Of a stretch of 64,000 bases of DNA, positions 26,276-38,432 are shown piece after piece. The stretch is from Narcine bancroftii. Its lineage: Eukaryota. Each line of letters starts with the position of its first letter. Within the stretch, counting starts at the first letter, position 1. The notes below the pieces were generated by a model, which saw nothing but the letters and a program-made list of their open reading frames with translations, searched no databases and was not told the DNA's origin. The translations under genes were made by a program, and so were the position numbers. The stretch is from positions 96,472,001 to 96,536,000 of the forward strand of contig NC_091470.1 of the NCBI RefSeq assembly GCF_036971445.1. Reading direction: 5' to 3'.

Positions 26276-27001
26276 CCCACCCACCTCTTTCTTGGTATTA
26301 AGTCTACTGCAAATTTAAAAGCTGATGTATTTTGGAAATAAAGCACAGTAAGCCAATTTATTTAGCAGTATGAAAGGGTCAACTATGCTGTCGTCACAGT
26401 TTCCACACTACATCGCCTACACTCCTTTTTTGTTGCAGTGCTGCGGCCATATTTTAATCTGCAACAAAAAATATAAGTTCTTTGTAAAAAACAAACCATG
26501 CCGATCACAACAAAATGTAGCAGAAAACAGAAGGAAATATAACAGCGATACAGAACAATTACTAGGAAAAGTCCATGATGCAATAATGCAAGTAAGAATG
26601 TGAAACTAAAATAATCAAATACATAAGAACTACTTAACATTAGAAGTTACAGTAAGACATAAATACCTCGTATGACACGGTTTTGAACAGCACGGACTTT
26701 GATAAAACATGGTTGGTCCCCAGCCCAAGTGGGTGGTACCCATCCCGAGTGGTTCCGTTCCAGCCAGTCGCCTTCCCCAGTTGATGGTAACTTGCAATGC
26801 TTAGAAACCTAGAGCCTTGGCCCTAGCAGGCGTGAAAATGCAAGGATCACCCGTCCCCACGGCGTCTGCTGTCTGATCTGGCTGGCGTGTAGCACGTGTC
26901 AATCCAGACTAGGTCACCAAGATGCAAACAAGCGTTCAGGCCCCCCTCTTTATCCTCACCACCCCCTTTAGAAATGACTGGTTCAGGCAATGTGGCTGGG
27001 T

Positions 27002-28010
27002 GGCACAGTTAGTGTAATGGTTAGCACAATGCTATTACAGCGCCAACCTGGGTTCCAATCCCGAATCGGGAATTTGTACGTTCTCCCCACATTTGTGTGG
27101 GCTTTCCCCATGTGCTCCAGTTTCCACCCACTCTCCAAAAAAACTGTATACGGGGCTCCAGGTTAATTTACAAGTAATTGGGTGGCATGGATTTAAAAAG
27201 CCAGAAGTAAATAAAATAAAAAATGTGAAAAATCTGTGGCATTGCTGACAGATCCGCTGAAACTGGATTGTCTGTGGCACTGATCATGTGGAGTATGCAT
27301 GTCCTCCCTGTGACTGCATGGGTTTTCCCCGGGTGCTTGTTTCCTCCCACATTCCATGTATGAATTGGCCTGCTGAAAATTGCCCCTGTTGTGTAGATGA
27401 GTGGAAGTGTTAAGTTTACGGTCACCTGATTGCACAAGTACTACCTGACAAAACAGCATTCTCCGGTCCTTGGTACAAAACACGCAGACATGCATCACTA
27501 GACATAACGCACATACAGACAAACAATACATATGAAGGACAAGTATTTGTGTTTACAATAAATATTGCTTCATAACTATGAGAGGAATGATTAGTGTGAG
27601 CTGTTCCTTTAGTCGTTCAGCGTTCCCACTGTCCGTGGGAAGAAGCTGTACCTCAGCCTGATGGTGCTGGCTCTGATCCTCCTGCATTTCTTCCTTGACA
27701 GGAGCAGCTTAAAGATGCTGTGTGTGTGGTGGAATGGGTCCTCAAAGACTTTACACACCCTCTTCAGACAACGATCCCAGTAGATCACATGGGGGGGGCG
27801 GGGAGGGGGGGAGGGAGACTCCAGTGATCCTCTCTGCCACTTATAGTCCTATTGATTGACCTTCAATCCATTTCTCTGCAGCAAATGTACCACCCTGTGA
27901 TGCAGCTGGCCAGGACGCTCTCAATAGAGTCCTGCAGAAGGTTGCCGTGATGGTGGCCGGTAGCCTTGCCCACTTCAGCCTTCTCAGGAGGTCCAGTCAT
28001 TGTTGCGTGT
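27002..28010. mobile_element. Cluster: V-SINE (+, 27002-27215), V-SINE fragment, Rex1/Babar 3' fragment (-, 27410-28010)
   Basis: V core sequence plus the Rex block shared with 8040-8550 and 57533-57850. Confidence 0.65.
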
Positions 28011-28166
28011 CCACGATATGTTAATGCTAGAGTGAGCATTCTCTACTCTCTCCACTGCAGAGTGGATGAGAACATGAGGTTAATACTGATGGGCTGAAGG
28101 ACCTGCTCCCTGAGCAGGTACAGCTTGGCAAAGTTCCATTAACTGCTCAGGACTTTTTTTCTCCAG

Positions 28167-28324
28167 GACGTTGATGACCCACTTCTGGATATGAAGACCC
28201 CTGTCCTGTTTGTGATCGGGCAGAACTCTGTGCAGTGCAGTATGGATGCTGTTGAGGATTTCCGAGAGAAACTTAGAGCTGAAAACAGTCTAGTGATCGT
28301 TGGAGGCGCTGATGATAACCTCAG
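28167..28324 (+). CDS. KANSL3: KANSL3 coding exon 10
   Basis: [52 protein letters not shown]; ctccag| and |gtaact. Confidence 0.96.
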
Positions 28325-29624
28325 GTAACTGAGATGGCATTCCATTGACAAGGTTCAAACCCCACTCCAGAATTTTGAGCCAGTTTTAAGAGCAAAATTA
28401 TGAGATTTGGGTCCTGCTTGCTTTCAAAGGTGAGTGTAGAAGACTGTTGTTGGTGAGTTGTTGGTGAGTTTTCACCCTGCTGGTGTCCATTTGACCTGTC
28501 GGGTCAGTGCTAGCTTAGCAGAGCACTCCTATAAGTTCCATCTCCACCTGGCATCAAACCCTGCAAAATATTCAACATAATTTTAAATCCTAATTGACTT
28601 TCTCTCACCTTTGCAGGCATCAATAATTGTGGGGACTTCTGGTACAAATGTCCTGCATTATAGTAATGGCAACCCTTTAGAGAGGTTCAATAGGAATGGG
28701 CCTGTAATCGTCAGGATTCGCAAGAACATGTGGTGATCTCCATGAAGCAACCCAAAGTGGTTTAGTCATAGACAGGGGAGATCTAGGGATGGATTTTCCC
28801 CAACCTAATGTGTGGAGAAACAGTTCAGGATACACAAGAAGAAATTCTTTATCCAGAGGTAGTGAGTCCTTGGAACTCTCCTCCCAGGTGACTGTCGAGG
28901 CTTGATCACTGACTATAGACAGACTTTTGATTTTAGGAGACGTGGTGTATATGGGATTAGTATGGGGAAACTGGTACTGACGTAATTGCCACATCTTATT
29001 GAATGGAGGGCAGGCTGTCCTGGGTCACCTGATGACCACGCTCCCAGACTCCTGGTGCTTTATCAAAGTTCACATCTATTGTCAGAGTATGTACTTGACA
29101 TCACGTATAATCCTGAGATTTCTTAGTGCAAAAAAAAATTGTACTCAACGTACACATGTGAACAAACAAAGAAACTTAAATGATGTGCAATGTAGAGAGA
29201 AAAAATTAATAAAGTGCCCAAGTGAGAGTCCTTAAATGAGCCCCTGATTGCGTTTGTCGTTGAGGAGTCTGATGGTGGAGGGGGAGCTGCTATTCCTGAA
29301 CCTAGCAGTGAGAACTGAGCATGTGCTGGGTGGTGTGGGTCCTTCATTACTGCTGCTCTTCAATGGCAGCGTTCCCTGTCGATGTTCTCAGTAGTGGGAC
29401 GACTATGATGTTTTGGGCTGTGTCTAACTACCTTTTGCAGGGTTTTCTGTTTGGGGGTATTGTTGTCCCCATACCAGACTGTGATGCAGCAGGAGATTCA
29501 CGTACTCCAGGCATGCCTCTTGAATCTGGCTGCAGCAGTCAGGAGCTGAGCTAATGTGCCAAGTGGCTGATCAAAGGGGTGTGGGTTTGGCTGGTTTACC
29601 TAAAACACCGTTTCTCAACCACAG

Positions 29625-29688
29625 AATCAGCAAAGCAAAGAAGAAGCTGGAGGGTCTGACACAGAGCATGGTGGACAGGTGCATCCAG
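29625..29688 (+). CDS. KANSL3: KANSL3 coding exon 11
   Basis: ISKAKKKLEGLTQSMVDRCIQ; cacag| and |gtgagc. Confidence 0.95.
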
Positions 29689-29993
29689 GTGAGCTCCCTT
29701 CCACCTACCTTCCGCCACACTTCCACTCATTCACATCAACCTTCAATCACACTACTTGTGTCAACTCATTCTTTACACTTTTGCTCATGTCCTCCACCAG
29801 TCCCACCATCCCTTCTGTTGTCTGCATGAAGTGTGGCACAAGCCTCAGCTTTCTTCTCCAGAGGGTCAACCCCTCATGTATCCCCACCCTCATGCCTCAT
29901 TACTCACTCCAGATGCTCCCTTTCCTCTTCTCAAGGCCCTGCTATCAGGAATTGAGATGGGCCCGGTGCTCATTGTGGATCTTTTCACCTCAG

Positions 29994-30191
29994 GATGAAA
30001 TTGGTGATTTCCTCACTGGAGTCCTGACCAAGACTGAAACGCAAGCGGGGTTTGAAGCCAAGGAGGTCGACATGGAGAAGAGGAAGCGGTGTCGGGACAC
30101 ACGTCGGGACTTGGCTTTTGAGCTTTCGGATCGAAACAGCCAACCTGCATCACCTTTAAGCCGGGTCCCAGCTTCTCCCTCTGGCTCTGAG
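29994..30191 (+). CDS. KANSL3: KANSL3 coding exon 12
   Basis: DEIGDFLTGVLTK...RRDLAFE...PASPSGSE; ctcag| and |gtacat. Confidence 0.95.
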
Positions 30192-30441
30192 GTACATTGC
30201 TCATGTCCATGTGTTCACTGACTTCAGTTCACAGTTTGTCTCTCCCTATCACTGTCACCTCGTCTGGCCCTGCAATTTGTAGAGACAGTTATAGGTTCAA
30301 ATCACACTTCATGGTATTGAGTTCACAGTTTTGACCAGTACAGAGCAAAGGGAGTGTCATGAAATGAGAATTTTAATGAACAACTGATTTTACCTTGGTA
30401 TCTTTGAACAATATTTGTCCATTAACCTTTAAAGTTGATTA

Positions 30442-30628
30442 TAGTAAAACCCCTAGTGTCCGGGTTAGTTAATTTTCCGGTTGCTTGAGATTGCATAATT
30501 GGCGAACTAACGGAGAGCCGCGCCAATTTTAAATTTTTGTATTTTTTACCTATTTATTTTCCACAATTTTTTTGCTGGTTGCTTGAAGCTGCCAGTTGCT
30601 TGAATTCCGGATAACAGGGGTTTTACTG
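30442..30628. mobile_element. Tc1/Tigger-like MITE; other copies 44773-44983, 56322-56508, 58815-59007 and an interrupted one at ~45790-46557
   Basis: TA + (c/t)agtaaaac...gttttactg + TA termini and shared ggttgcttga internal motif. Confidence 0.75.
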
Positions 30629-32664
30629 TATTTAGTGAGCGTTTTCTGTAAAATCCCTGTCATGACCAACATTTACGAGCTACCTTAAACTGCCTTGAGA
30701 AGAGCCATTACATAAACTTCTGGATTATTTGAAGATAATTTTTAAGGAATAAGTTCCAGGATTTAGACAAAATGGCAAAGAACGAATGTTGATACATTTC
30801 CAGATTAGGGAGGTAACTTTCCAATTGCTTCCTTGGCCTTCTAGGGGATTAAGGTTCTGTGGAAAAGTCATTGGGGGAAATGATGTGTGTTGCTGGTAGG
30901 GAATAAATCTTTAGGGTGGTCATTGGGTTGCCAACAGGTGGTGGTTAGGTCCTGAATCATGTTAAACTTGTGAGTGCTGTGGAAGGTTACTCATCCATGC
31001 AAGAGAAAAGTGGGGAGTGAAAAGTGAAAGTCTGAAGATGCTGCGATTATAGTAAAAACCCACCGAAATGCTGGAAGAACTGAGCCAATCTCAGAATCCA
31101 TAGGAGGTAAAGATATATTACAGATGTTTCTGCCCGAGCCCTTAGAACCATAGAGTACTATAGCACAGTAACAGGCCCCTTCAGCCCTTTTAGTCTGTGG
31201 CGAAGCATTTTTTGTCTAGTCCCACTAATCTGCACCTGTCCATACCCTTCCCATCCATGTACCTGTCCAAATTCTTCTTGAATGTTAAAATTGAACCTCA
31301 TTTCCCCACCTCAATTGGCAGCTCATTCCGCACCCCCACTAATCTCTGTTTGAAGAAGTTCCCTTTCACTCTTAACCAATATCCTGTGGTTTGTATCTCA
31401 TCTACTTCTGAAAAAAGCCCATCTACATCATACCTCTATCAAATCTCCCCTCAATCTTCTATGCTGCAGGGAATGAAGTCCTAACTGTTTAACCTTACCC
31501 TGTAACTCAGTTCCTGAAGACTGGGCAACATTTCTGTACTCTTTCAATCTTATTGTTATCTTTCCTGCAGTTAGGTGACCAAATGGCACACAGTACTCCA
31601 AATTTGGCCTCACCAAGGTCATATATAACTTTACTATAACATCCTACTCAGTACTTTGATTTATAAAGGCCAAAAGGTCTTTTTAGAACCCTATCCAACT
31701 GTGATGCCACTTTCAGGGAATTCTGTATCTATTCCCAGGTCCCTCTGTTCTACCATTAGTGCCCTACCATTTACTGTGTATGTCCTTTCTTGGTTAGTCC
31801 TTCCAAAATGCAACGCCTCCCACTTGTCTGCATTAAATTCCATCTGCCATTTTCTGGCCCATTTTTCCAGCTGGTCCAGATCCTTCTGCAAGCTTTGAAA
31901 ACCTTCCTCATTGTCCACAATGCCTCCAATCTTAGTGTCATCTGCAAACATGCTGATCTAATTTCCCACATTATCATCCAGATCATTGATAACAGACAAC
32001 AATGATCCCAGCACTGATTTCTGAGGCACACAACTAATCACAGGCCTTTAGCCTGAAAAGCAATCATCCACCACTACTCTGACTTCTCTCATCCAGGCAT
32101 TGTCGAATCCAGTTCACAATGAATACCTAGCATTGGAACCTCCCTGACCAACTTTCCACGTGGGACCTCATTAAAGGCCTTACTAAAGTCCATGTAGATA
32201 ACATCCACAACCTTTTCTTCATCAACATTCCTGGTGACCTAAAAAAAACAATAAGATTGGTTAAGCACAACTTGCCATGCACAAAGTCATGGCTATCCAA
32301 ATAATTGTATATCTGATCTCTTGGAACACCTTCCAATAATTTTCCTACTATTGATGTCAGGCTCACTGGTTTGTAATTTCTACGGTTACTTTTAGAGACT
32401 TTTTTAAACAACGGAACAACGTGAGCTACCCTCCAATCCTCTGGCAGCACTCCAGTGGCCAAGGACATTTTAAATATTTCTGGCAGAGCCATGCAATTTC
32501 TACTCTAGCCTTCTTCAATGTCCGAGGGAATATCTTGTCAGGCCGTGGAGATTTATCCACCCTTATTTGCTTAAAGATAACAAGCACTTTCTCCTCTTTA
32601 ATCTATATGGGTTCCATGACCTCACTGCTTGTTTTCCTCACTTCCCTCAACACTGCCCTTTTCC

Positions 32665-35083
32665 GGAGGGGAGTCACGTGATGGAGTAGTGGCCGGACGG
32701 TGAACTCCAGCCCTCTCCAGAAAAGTCGGGAAAAACAAAGGAAAACACAAAGGCACAGAAATAAAAGTTACAGAAAAGTGAGTATAAAGGTGGAAAGAAG
32801 ATGGCGACAAAAAAAGAAAAATCGAAAGCAACGGTAAGAAAAGAGGAAGAGAAGACAAAGGAGGAAAAAGGTGAAGGCCTTACCTGTCCGAAGAGGCCCG
32901 CTGCGGAGAGAGAAACCCGCTCCCTCAGGTCGGTAAATAATGGACTACAAAAATGGCTCGCAGAGCCGAGTAAAAGTGCGCAACCGCGCATGCGCGATAC
33001 TGTGCGCATGCGCGATGCGAATGAAAAAAAACACACCGACGGGAGGGGGGACCAGCTGGGGAGTCGATCTCCACAGCCGGCAACGACAGCTGCAGAACAC
33101 CTGCAGCAAGAAGAGACCACAGAAGACAATAGAAACAAGAAAGAAGAGGAGGAAAGGGCAACAAAGAAACAACAGATGGTCAACCCAGAGGAAGAAGAAG
33201 AGGAAGAGGAAGAGTACAGGGAAATAGAAGAAGAAAAGAAAGGCAAGGTAAAGGATATACTTGCTCTTATTAAAGGATACATGGAGTCATTTAAAGAATG
33301 GCAAACACAGGAATTTAAGGATTTAAGAAAAAGAATAAACAACACAGAAGAGAAAATAAATAAAATGGAGATGACCTTAACAAAAATGGGAAAGAAAATG
33401 GACAAGATGGAAGAGCGGGCAGTAGCAGCAGAAATGGAGGTAGAAGACTTAAAAAAGAAATTGGAGGAATCTAATAAAAAAACTAAAGAGACACAAGAAC
33501 TACTAGCTCAAAAAATAGATACAATGGAAAACCATAACAGAAGAAATAACATAAAGATAGTGGGCCTTAAGGAAGATGAAGAAGGCAAGAATATGAGGGA
33601 GTTTATAAAAGAGTGGATCCCTAAGACCCTAGGATGTCCAGAACTACAGCAAGAAATGGAAATAGAAAGGGCACATAGAGTATTGGCCTCTAAACCACAA
33701 CCACAACAAAAACCAAGATCTATTGTAGTAAAATTCCTAAGATATACTACAAGAGAAAAGGTACTGGAGAAGACAATGGAAAAAGTAAGAGAGGGCAACA
33801 AACCACTGGAGTATAAAGGGCAAAAAATCTTCATTTATCCAGATATAAGTTTTGAACTCCTAAAGAAGAGAAAAGAGTTCAATACAGCAAAGGCGATTTT
33901 ATGGAAGAAAGGGTATAAATTTATACTAAAGCATCCAGCAGTATTGAAAATATTTATTCCAGGACAACAAAACAGACTATTCTCGGATCCAGAAGAAGCA
34001 TGAAAATTTGCAGAACAATTACAAAAATAGACTGAGGGAGGAAGACGGGTAATGAGAGTTAAAATGATCACGATTGATATGTATGTGGGTAAAGACAAAA
34101 ATAGACTGAGGGATGAAGACGGGTAATGAGAGTAAAAATGATCACGATTGATATGTATGCGGGTAAAGAGGTATAAGAGTGAATAGAGACAATGAGCATA
34201 CGTGAATATATCTGTACTTAGAGGAAAATATAGATAGTATAGACAAGAATTAATAAGGGAAGGTAATGGAATAGAGAGAATAAGGAGGGAATTAAAAGAG
34301 TGATCTTTGTGACATATGAAAAGTTAAATCTTTTCTGGGGGAGGCGGGGTGGGGGGAAATAGCGGTCACTGCAAAATCAGTTGACGCTTGCGAGTGGATT
34401 CGCAAATCCAAATGGAGAGGGGAGATGTGGTTGTCTGACAAGGGATAAAGGACAACTCAGGAGGTGAAGGGGAGATTGGGGATAAATAAGATAGAAATAG
34501 GAGAATAAGGAAAATGTTGGATGTTGTAGGAATGTTGTCTTATAAAGAGTTGAAAATAAGAAAACAGAAATGGAAAAGGAGGAAAGGTAATGATGGAAAA
34601 ACGGAAAGAGAAGATAAACAAAATATAAAAGGGCTACACTGAACTATATGTCTTTAAATATTAATGGAATACATAACCAAATTAAAAGGAAGAAACTACT
34701 AAATTTAAATGAATAAATGTATTCCATTAGAAAAAATAACATATAGGTTAAGAAATAATATTGAAATATTCGAACAAGTATAGGAGCCTTACATTAAATA
34801 CAATAGCGAAAACCTACCGGGGACAAACATTACCTAAGTTGATGGAAGGAGAAGGAAAGAAAAGAATGGACTCAGTAGAATTTCTGGTGTAATTTTGTTG
34901 AATGACAACATCGTCTGACTGGCTTAATGCAACCTAGATTGTATACCTAAAATGGATGAGAGGGGGGGGTGGGGGGTGGTTTGGTAGGAAAGGGGGGGGG
35001 AGAAAAAGTCACTGTATATGTGTGAAAAAGAAACAGTGTATATCATGGCTAATGTGATTTATGGTGTGAAAAATTAAAAAAAA
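32665..35083 (+). mobile_element. ORF1-only L1-derived retrotransposon (HAL1-like), copy A
   Basis: 16-bp TSD aacactgcccttttcc (32649-32664 and 35084-35099); 5' end ggaggggagtcacgtg; poly(A); ORF1 plus ORF2 scar. Confidence 0.9.
32801..34003 (+). CDS. L1 ORF1 protein (coiled coil, RRM, CTD), copy A, 7 aa short owing to CGA>TGA
   Basis: RRNNIKIVGLKE, EIERAHR, PRSIVVKFLRY, IFIYPDIS, ILKHPAVL are L1 ORF1p motifs. Confidence 0.88.
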   Translation: MATKKEKSKATVRKEEEKTKEEKGEGLTCPKRPAAERETRSLRSVNNGLQKWLAEPSKSAQPRMRDTVRMRDANEKKHTDGRGDQLGSRSPQPATTAAEHLQQEETTEDNRNKKEEEERATKKQQMVNPEEEEEEEEEYREIEEEKKGKVKDILALIKGYMESFKEWQTQEFKDLRKRINNTEEKINKMEMTLTKMGKKMDKMEERAVAAEMEVEDLKKKLEESNKKTKETQELLAQKIDTMENHNRRNNIKIVGLKEDEEGKNMREFIKEWIPKTLGCPELQQEMEIERAHRVLASKPQPQQKPRSIVVKFLRYTTREKVLEKTMEKVREGNKPLEYKGQKIFIYPDISFELLKKRKEFNTAKAILWKKGYKFILKHPAVLKIFIPGQQNRLFSDPEEA

Positions 35084-35994
35084 AACACTGCCCTTTTCCT
35101 GAGTGAATACAAATGAAAAAAAAATTTCAGATCTCCCCCATCGCTTTTGGCTTCATACAAAACTGACCACTCTGATCTTCAAGAGGACTATTTTTTGCTC
35201 TTAATATACATGTAGAAACCCTTAGAATTTTTCTTCAAAGAAAAATCTACCAAAGCAACCTCATGTCATTTTTGCCTTTCTGATTTCTTTTTTGAGGTTT
35301 TTCTTGCATTTTTTATACTCCTCATGAACCTCATTTGCTCCAAGTTGCCTGTACCTGTTATACACCTCTTCTTCCAAACTAGATTCCCAATATCCCTTGA
35401 AACCGAGGTTTCCTATGCCTTCTAACCTTGCCTTTAATCCTGATAGGAACACACAAACTCTGTACTCTCAAAATTTGAAGGTCCTTACACATTCTTGCCT
35501 GAAAACAATTTAACGCAATCCACATATTCTAGATCCTTTCTCATTTCCTCAAAATTAGCCTTTCTCCAATTTAGAATCTCAACCCAAGGCCCAGACCTGT
35601 CCTACTCCATACTTAACTTGAAACTAATGGCATTATGATCACTGCACCAAAAATGTTCCCCTATACATACTTCTGTCACCTGTCCTGTCTCGTTCCCAAA
35701 AAAGGAGATCCCGTATTGCATTCTCTCTATATTGATTTAGAAAACTTTCCTGATCGCATTTGACAAACTCCAAGACATCCAGCCCTTTTACAGTATGGGA
35801 GTCCCAGTCAATATGTGGATAATTAAAATTACCAACCATCACAGTCTTGTGTTTCCTGCAGATGTCTGCTATCTCTCTACAGATTTGCTCCTCCAATTTT
35901 CGTTAACTACCCATGTGACCTCAGTAGTTGAGCCCCCTGGTCTGTGCTGCCTGAGCACAGCTATGATATTTTCTCGTCAAGCAATGCCACTCTT

Positions 35995-38432
35995 GGAGGA
36001 GTCACGTGATGGAGTAGTGGCCGGACGGTGAACTCCAGCCCTCTCCAGAAAAGTCGGGAAAAACAAGAGAAAACACAAAGGCACAGAAATAAAAGTTACA
36101 GAAAAGTGAGTATAAAGGTGGAAAGAAGATGGCGACAAAAAAAGAAAAGTCGAAAGCAACGGTAAGAAGAGAGGAAGAGAAGACAAAGGAGGAAAAAGGT
36201 GAAGGCCTTACCTGTCCGAAGAGGCCCGCTGCGGAGAGAGAAACCCGCTCCCTCAGGTCGGTAAATAATGGACTACAAAAATGGCTCGCAGAGCCGAGTA
36301 AAAGTGCGCAACCGCGCATGCGCGATACTGTGCGCATGCGCGATGCGAATGAAAAAAAACACACCGACGGGAGGGGGGACCAGCTGGGGAGTCGATCTCC
36401 ACAGCCGGCAACGACAGCTGCAGAACACCTGCAGCAAGAAGAGACCACAGAAGACAACAGAAACAAGAAAGAAGAGGAGGAAAGGGCAACAAAGAAACAA
36501 CAGATGGCCAACCCAGAGGAAGAAGAAGAGGAAGAGTATGGTGAAATAGAAGAAGAAAAGAGAGGCAAGGTAAAGGATATACTTGCTCTTATTAGAGGAT
36601 ACATGGAATCATTTAAAGAATGGCAAACACAGGAATTTAAGGATTTAAGAAAAAGAATAAACAACACAGAAGAGAAAATAAATAAAATGGAGATGACCTT
36701 AACAGAAATGGGAAAGAAAATGGACAAGATGGAAGAGCGGGCAGTAGCAGCAGAAATGGAGGTAGAAGACTTAAAAAAGAAATTGGAGAAATCTAATAAA
36801 AAAACTAAAGAGACACAAGAACTACTAGCTCAAAAAATAGATACAATGGAAAACCATAACAGAAGAAATAACATAAAGATAGTGGGCCTTAAGGAAGATG
36901 AAGAAGGCAAGAATATGAGGGAGTTTATAAAAGAGTGGATCCCTAAGACCCTAGGATGTCCAGAACTACAGCAAGAATTGGAAATAGAAAGGGCACATAG
37001 AGTATTGGCCTCTAAACCACAACCACAACAAAAACCAAGATCTATTGTAGTAAAATTCCTAAGATATACTACAAGAGAAAAGGTACTGGAGAAGACAATG
37101 GAAAAAGTAAGAGAGGGCAACAAACCACTGGAGTATAAAGGGCAAAAAATCTTCATTTATCCAGATATAAGTTTTGAACTCCTAAAGAAGAGAAAAGAGT
37201 TCAATACAGCAAAGGCGATTTTATGGAAGAAAGGGTATAAATTTATACTAAAGCATCCAGCGGTATTGAAAATATTTATTCCAGGACAACAAAACAGACT
37301 ATTCTCGGATCCAGAAGAAGCACGAAAATTTGCAGAACAATTACAAAAATAGACTGAGGGAGGAAGACGAGTAATGAGAGTTAAGATGATCACAATTGAT
37401 ATGTATGTGGGTAAAGACAAAAATAGACTGAGGGATGAAGACGGGTAATGAGAGTAAAAATGATCACGATTGATATGTATGCGGGTAAAGAGGTATAAGA
37501 GTGAATAGAGACAAGGAGCATACGTGAATGTATCTGTACTTAGAGGAAAATATAGAGAGTATAGACAAGAATTAATAAGGGAAGGTAATGGAATAGAGAG
37601 AATAAGGAGGGAATTAAAAGAGTGACCTTTGTGACATATGAAAAGTGAAATCTTTTCTGGGGGAGGCGGGGTGGGGGGAAATAGCGGTCACTGCAAAATC
37701 AGTTGACGCTTGCGAGTGGATTCGCAAATCCAAATGGAGAGGGGAGATGTGGTTGTCCGACAAGGGATAAAGGACAACTCAGGAGGTGAATGGGAGATTG
37801 GGAATAAATAAGATAGAAATAGGAGAATAAGGAAAATGTTGGATGTTGTAGGAATGTTGTCTTATAAAGAGTTGAAAATAAGAAAACAGAAATGGAAAAG
37901 GAGGAAAGATAATGATGGAAAAACGGAAAGAGAAGATAAACAAAATATAAAAGGGCTACGCTGAACTATATGTCTTTAAATATTAATGGAATACATAACC
38001 AAATTAAAAGGAATAAACTACCAAATTTAAATGAATAAATGTATTCCATTAGAAAAAATAACATATTGGTTAAGAAATAATATTGAAATATTCGAACAAG
38101 TATAGGAGCCTTACATTAAATACAATAGCGAAAACCTACCGGGGACAAACATTACCTAAGTTGATGGAAGGAGAAGGAAAGAAAAGAATGGACTCAGTAG
38201 AATTTCTGGTGTAATTTTGTTGAATGACAACATTGTCTGACTGGATTAATGCAACCTAGATTGTATACCTAAAATGGATGAGAGGGGGGGTGGGGGGGTG
38301 GTTTGGGAGGAAAGGGGGGGGGGAGAAAAAGTCACTGTATATGTGTGAAAAAGAAATTGTGTATATCATGGCTAATGTGATTTATGGTGTGAAAAATAAA
38401 AAAAAATTAAAAAAATAAAAATAAAAAAAAAA
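35995..38432 (+). mobile_element. ORF1-only L1-derived retrotransposon (HAL1-like), copy B
   Basis: 16-bp TSD aagcaatgccactctt (35979-35994 and 38433-38448); 5' end ggaggagtcacgtg; long poly(A); near-identical to copy A. Confidence 0.9.
36129..37352 (+). CDS. L1 ORF1 protein, intact 407 aa, copy B
   Basis: Same ORF1p motifs as copy A; open to ...PEEARKFAEQLQK*. Confidence 0.9.
   Translation: MATKKEKSKATVRREEEKTKEEKGEGLTCPKRPAAERETRSLRSVNNGLQKWLAEPSKSAQPRMRDTVRMRDANEKKHTDGRGDQLGSRSPQPATTAAEHLQQEETTEDNRNKKEEEERATKKQQMANPEEEEEEEYGEIEEEKRGKVKDILALIRGYMESFKEWQTQEFKDLRKRINNTEEKINKMEMTLTEMGKKMDKMEERAVAAEMEVEDLKKKLEKSNKKTKETQELLAQKIDTMENHNRRNNIKIVGLKEDEEGKNMREFIKEWIPKTLGCPELQQELEIERAHRVLASKPQPQQKPRSIVVKFLRYTTREKVLEKTMEKVREGNKPLEYKGQKIFIYPDISFELLKKRKEFNTAKAILWKKGYKFILKHPAVLKIFIPGQQNRLFSDPEEARKFAEQLQK

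Noticed and set aside
32674-33405. 243-aa antisense ORF (and its 241-aa twin at 36002-36727) resembling an L1 ORF0
   Set aside because: Antisense shadow of A-rich ORF1 codons (Phe/Ser/Leu-rich); its presence in both copies only reflects their identity
32665-38432. Tandem segmental duplication or a domesticated L1TD1-like host gene
   Set aside because: Each copy has its own TSD and poly(A), and the flanking CR1 sequence is continuous rather than duplicated
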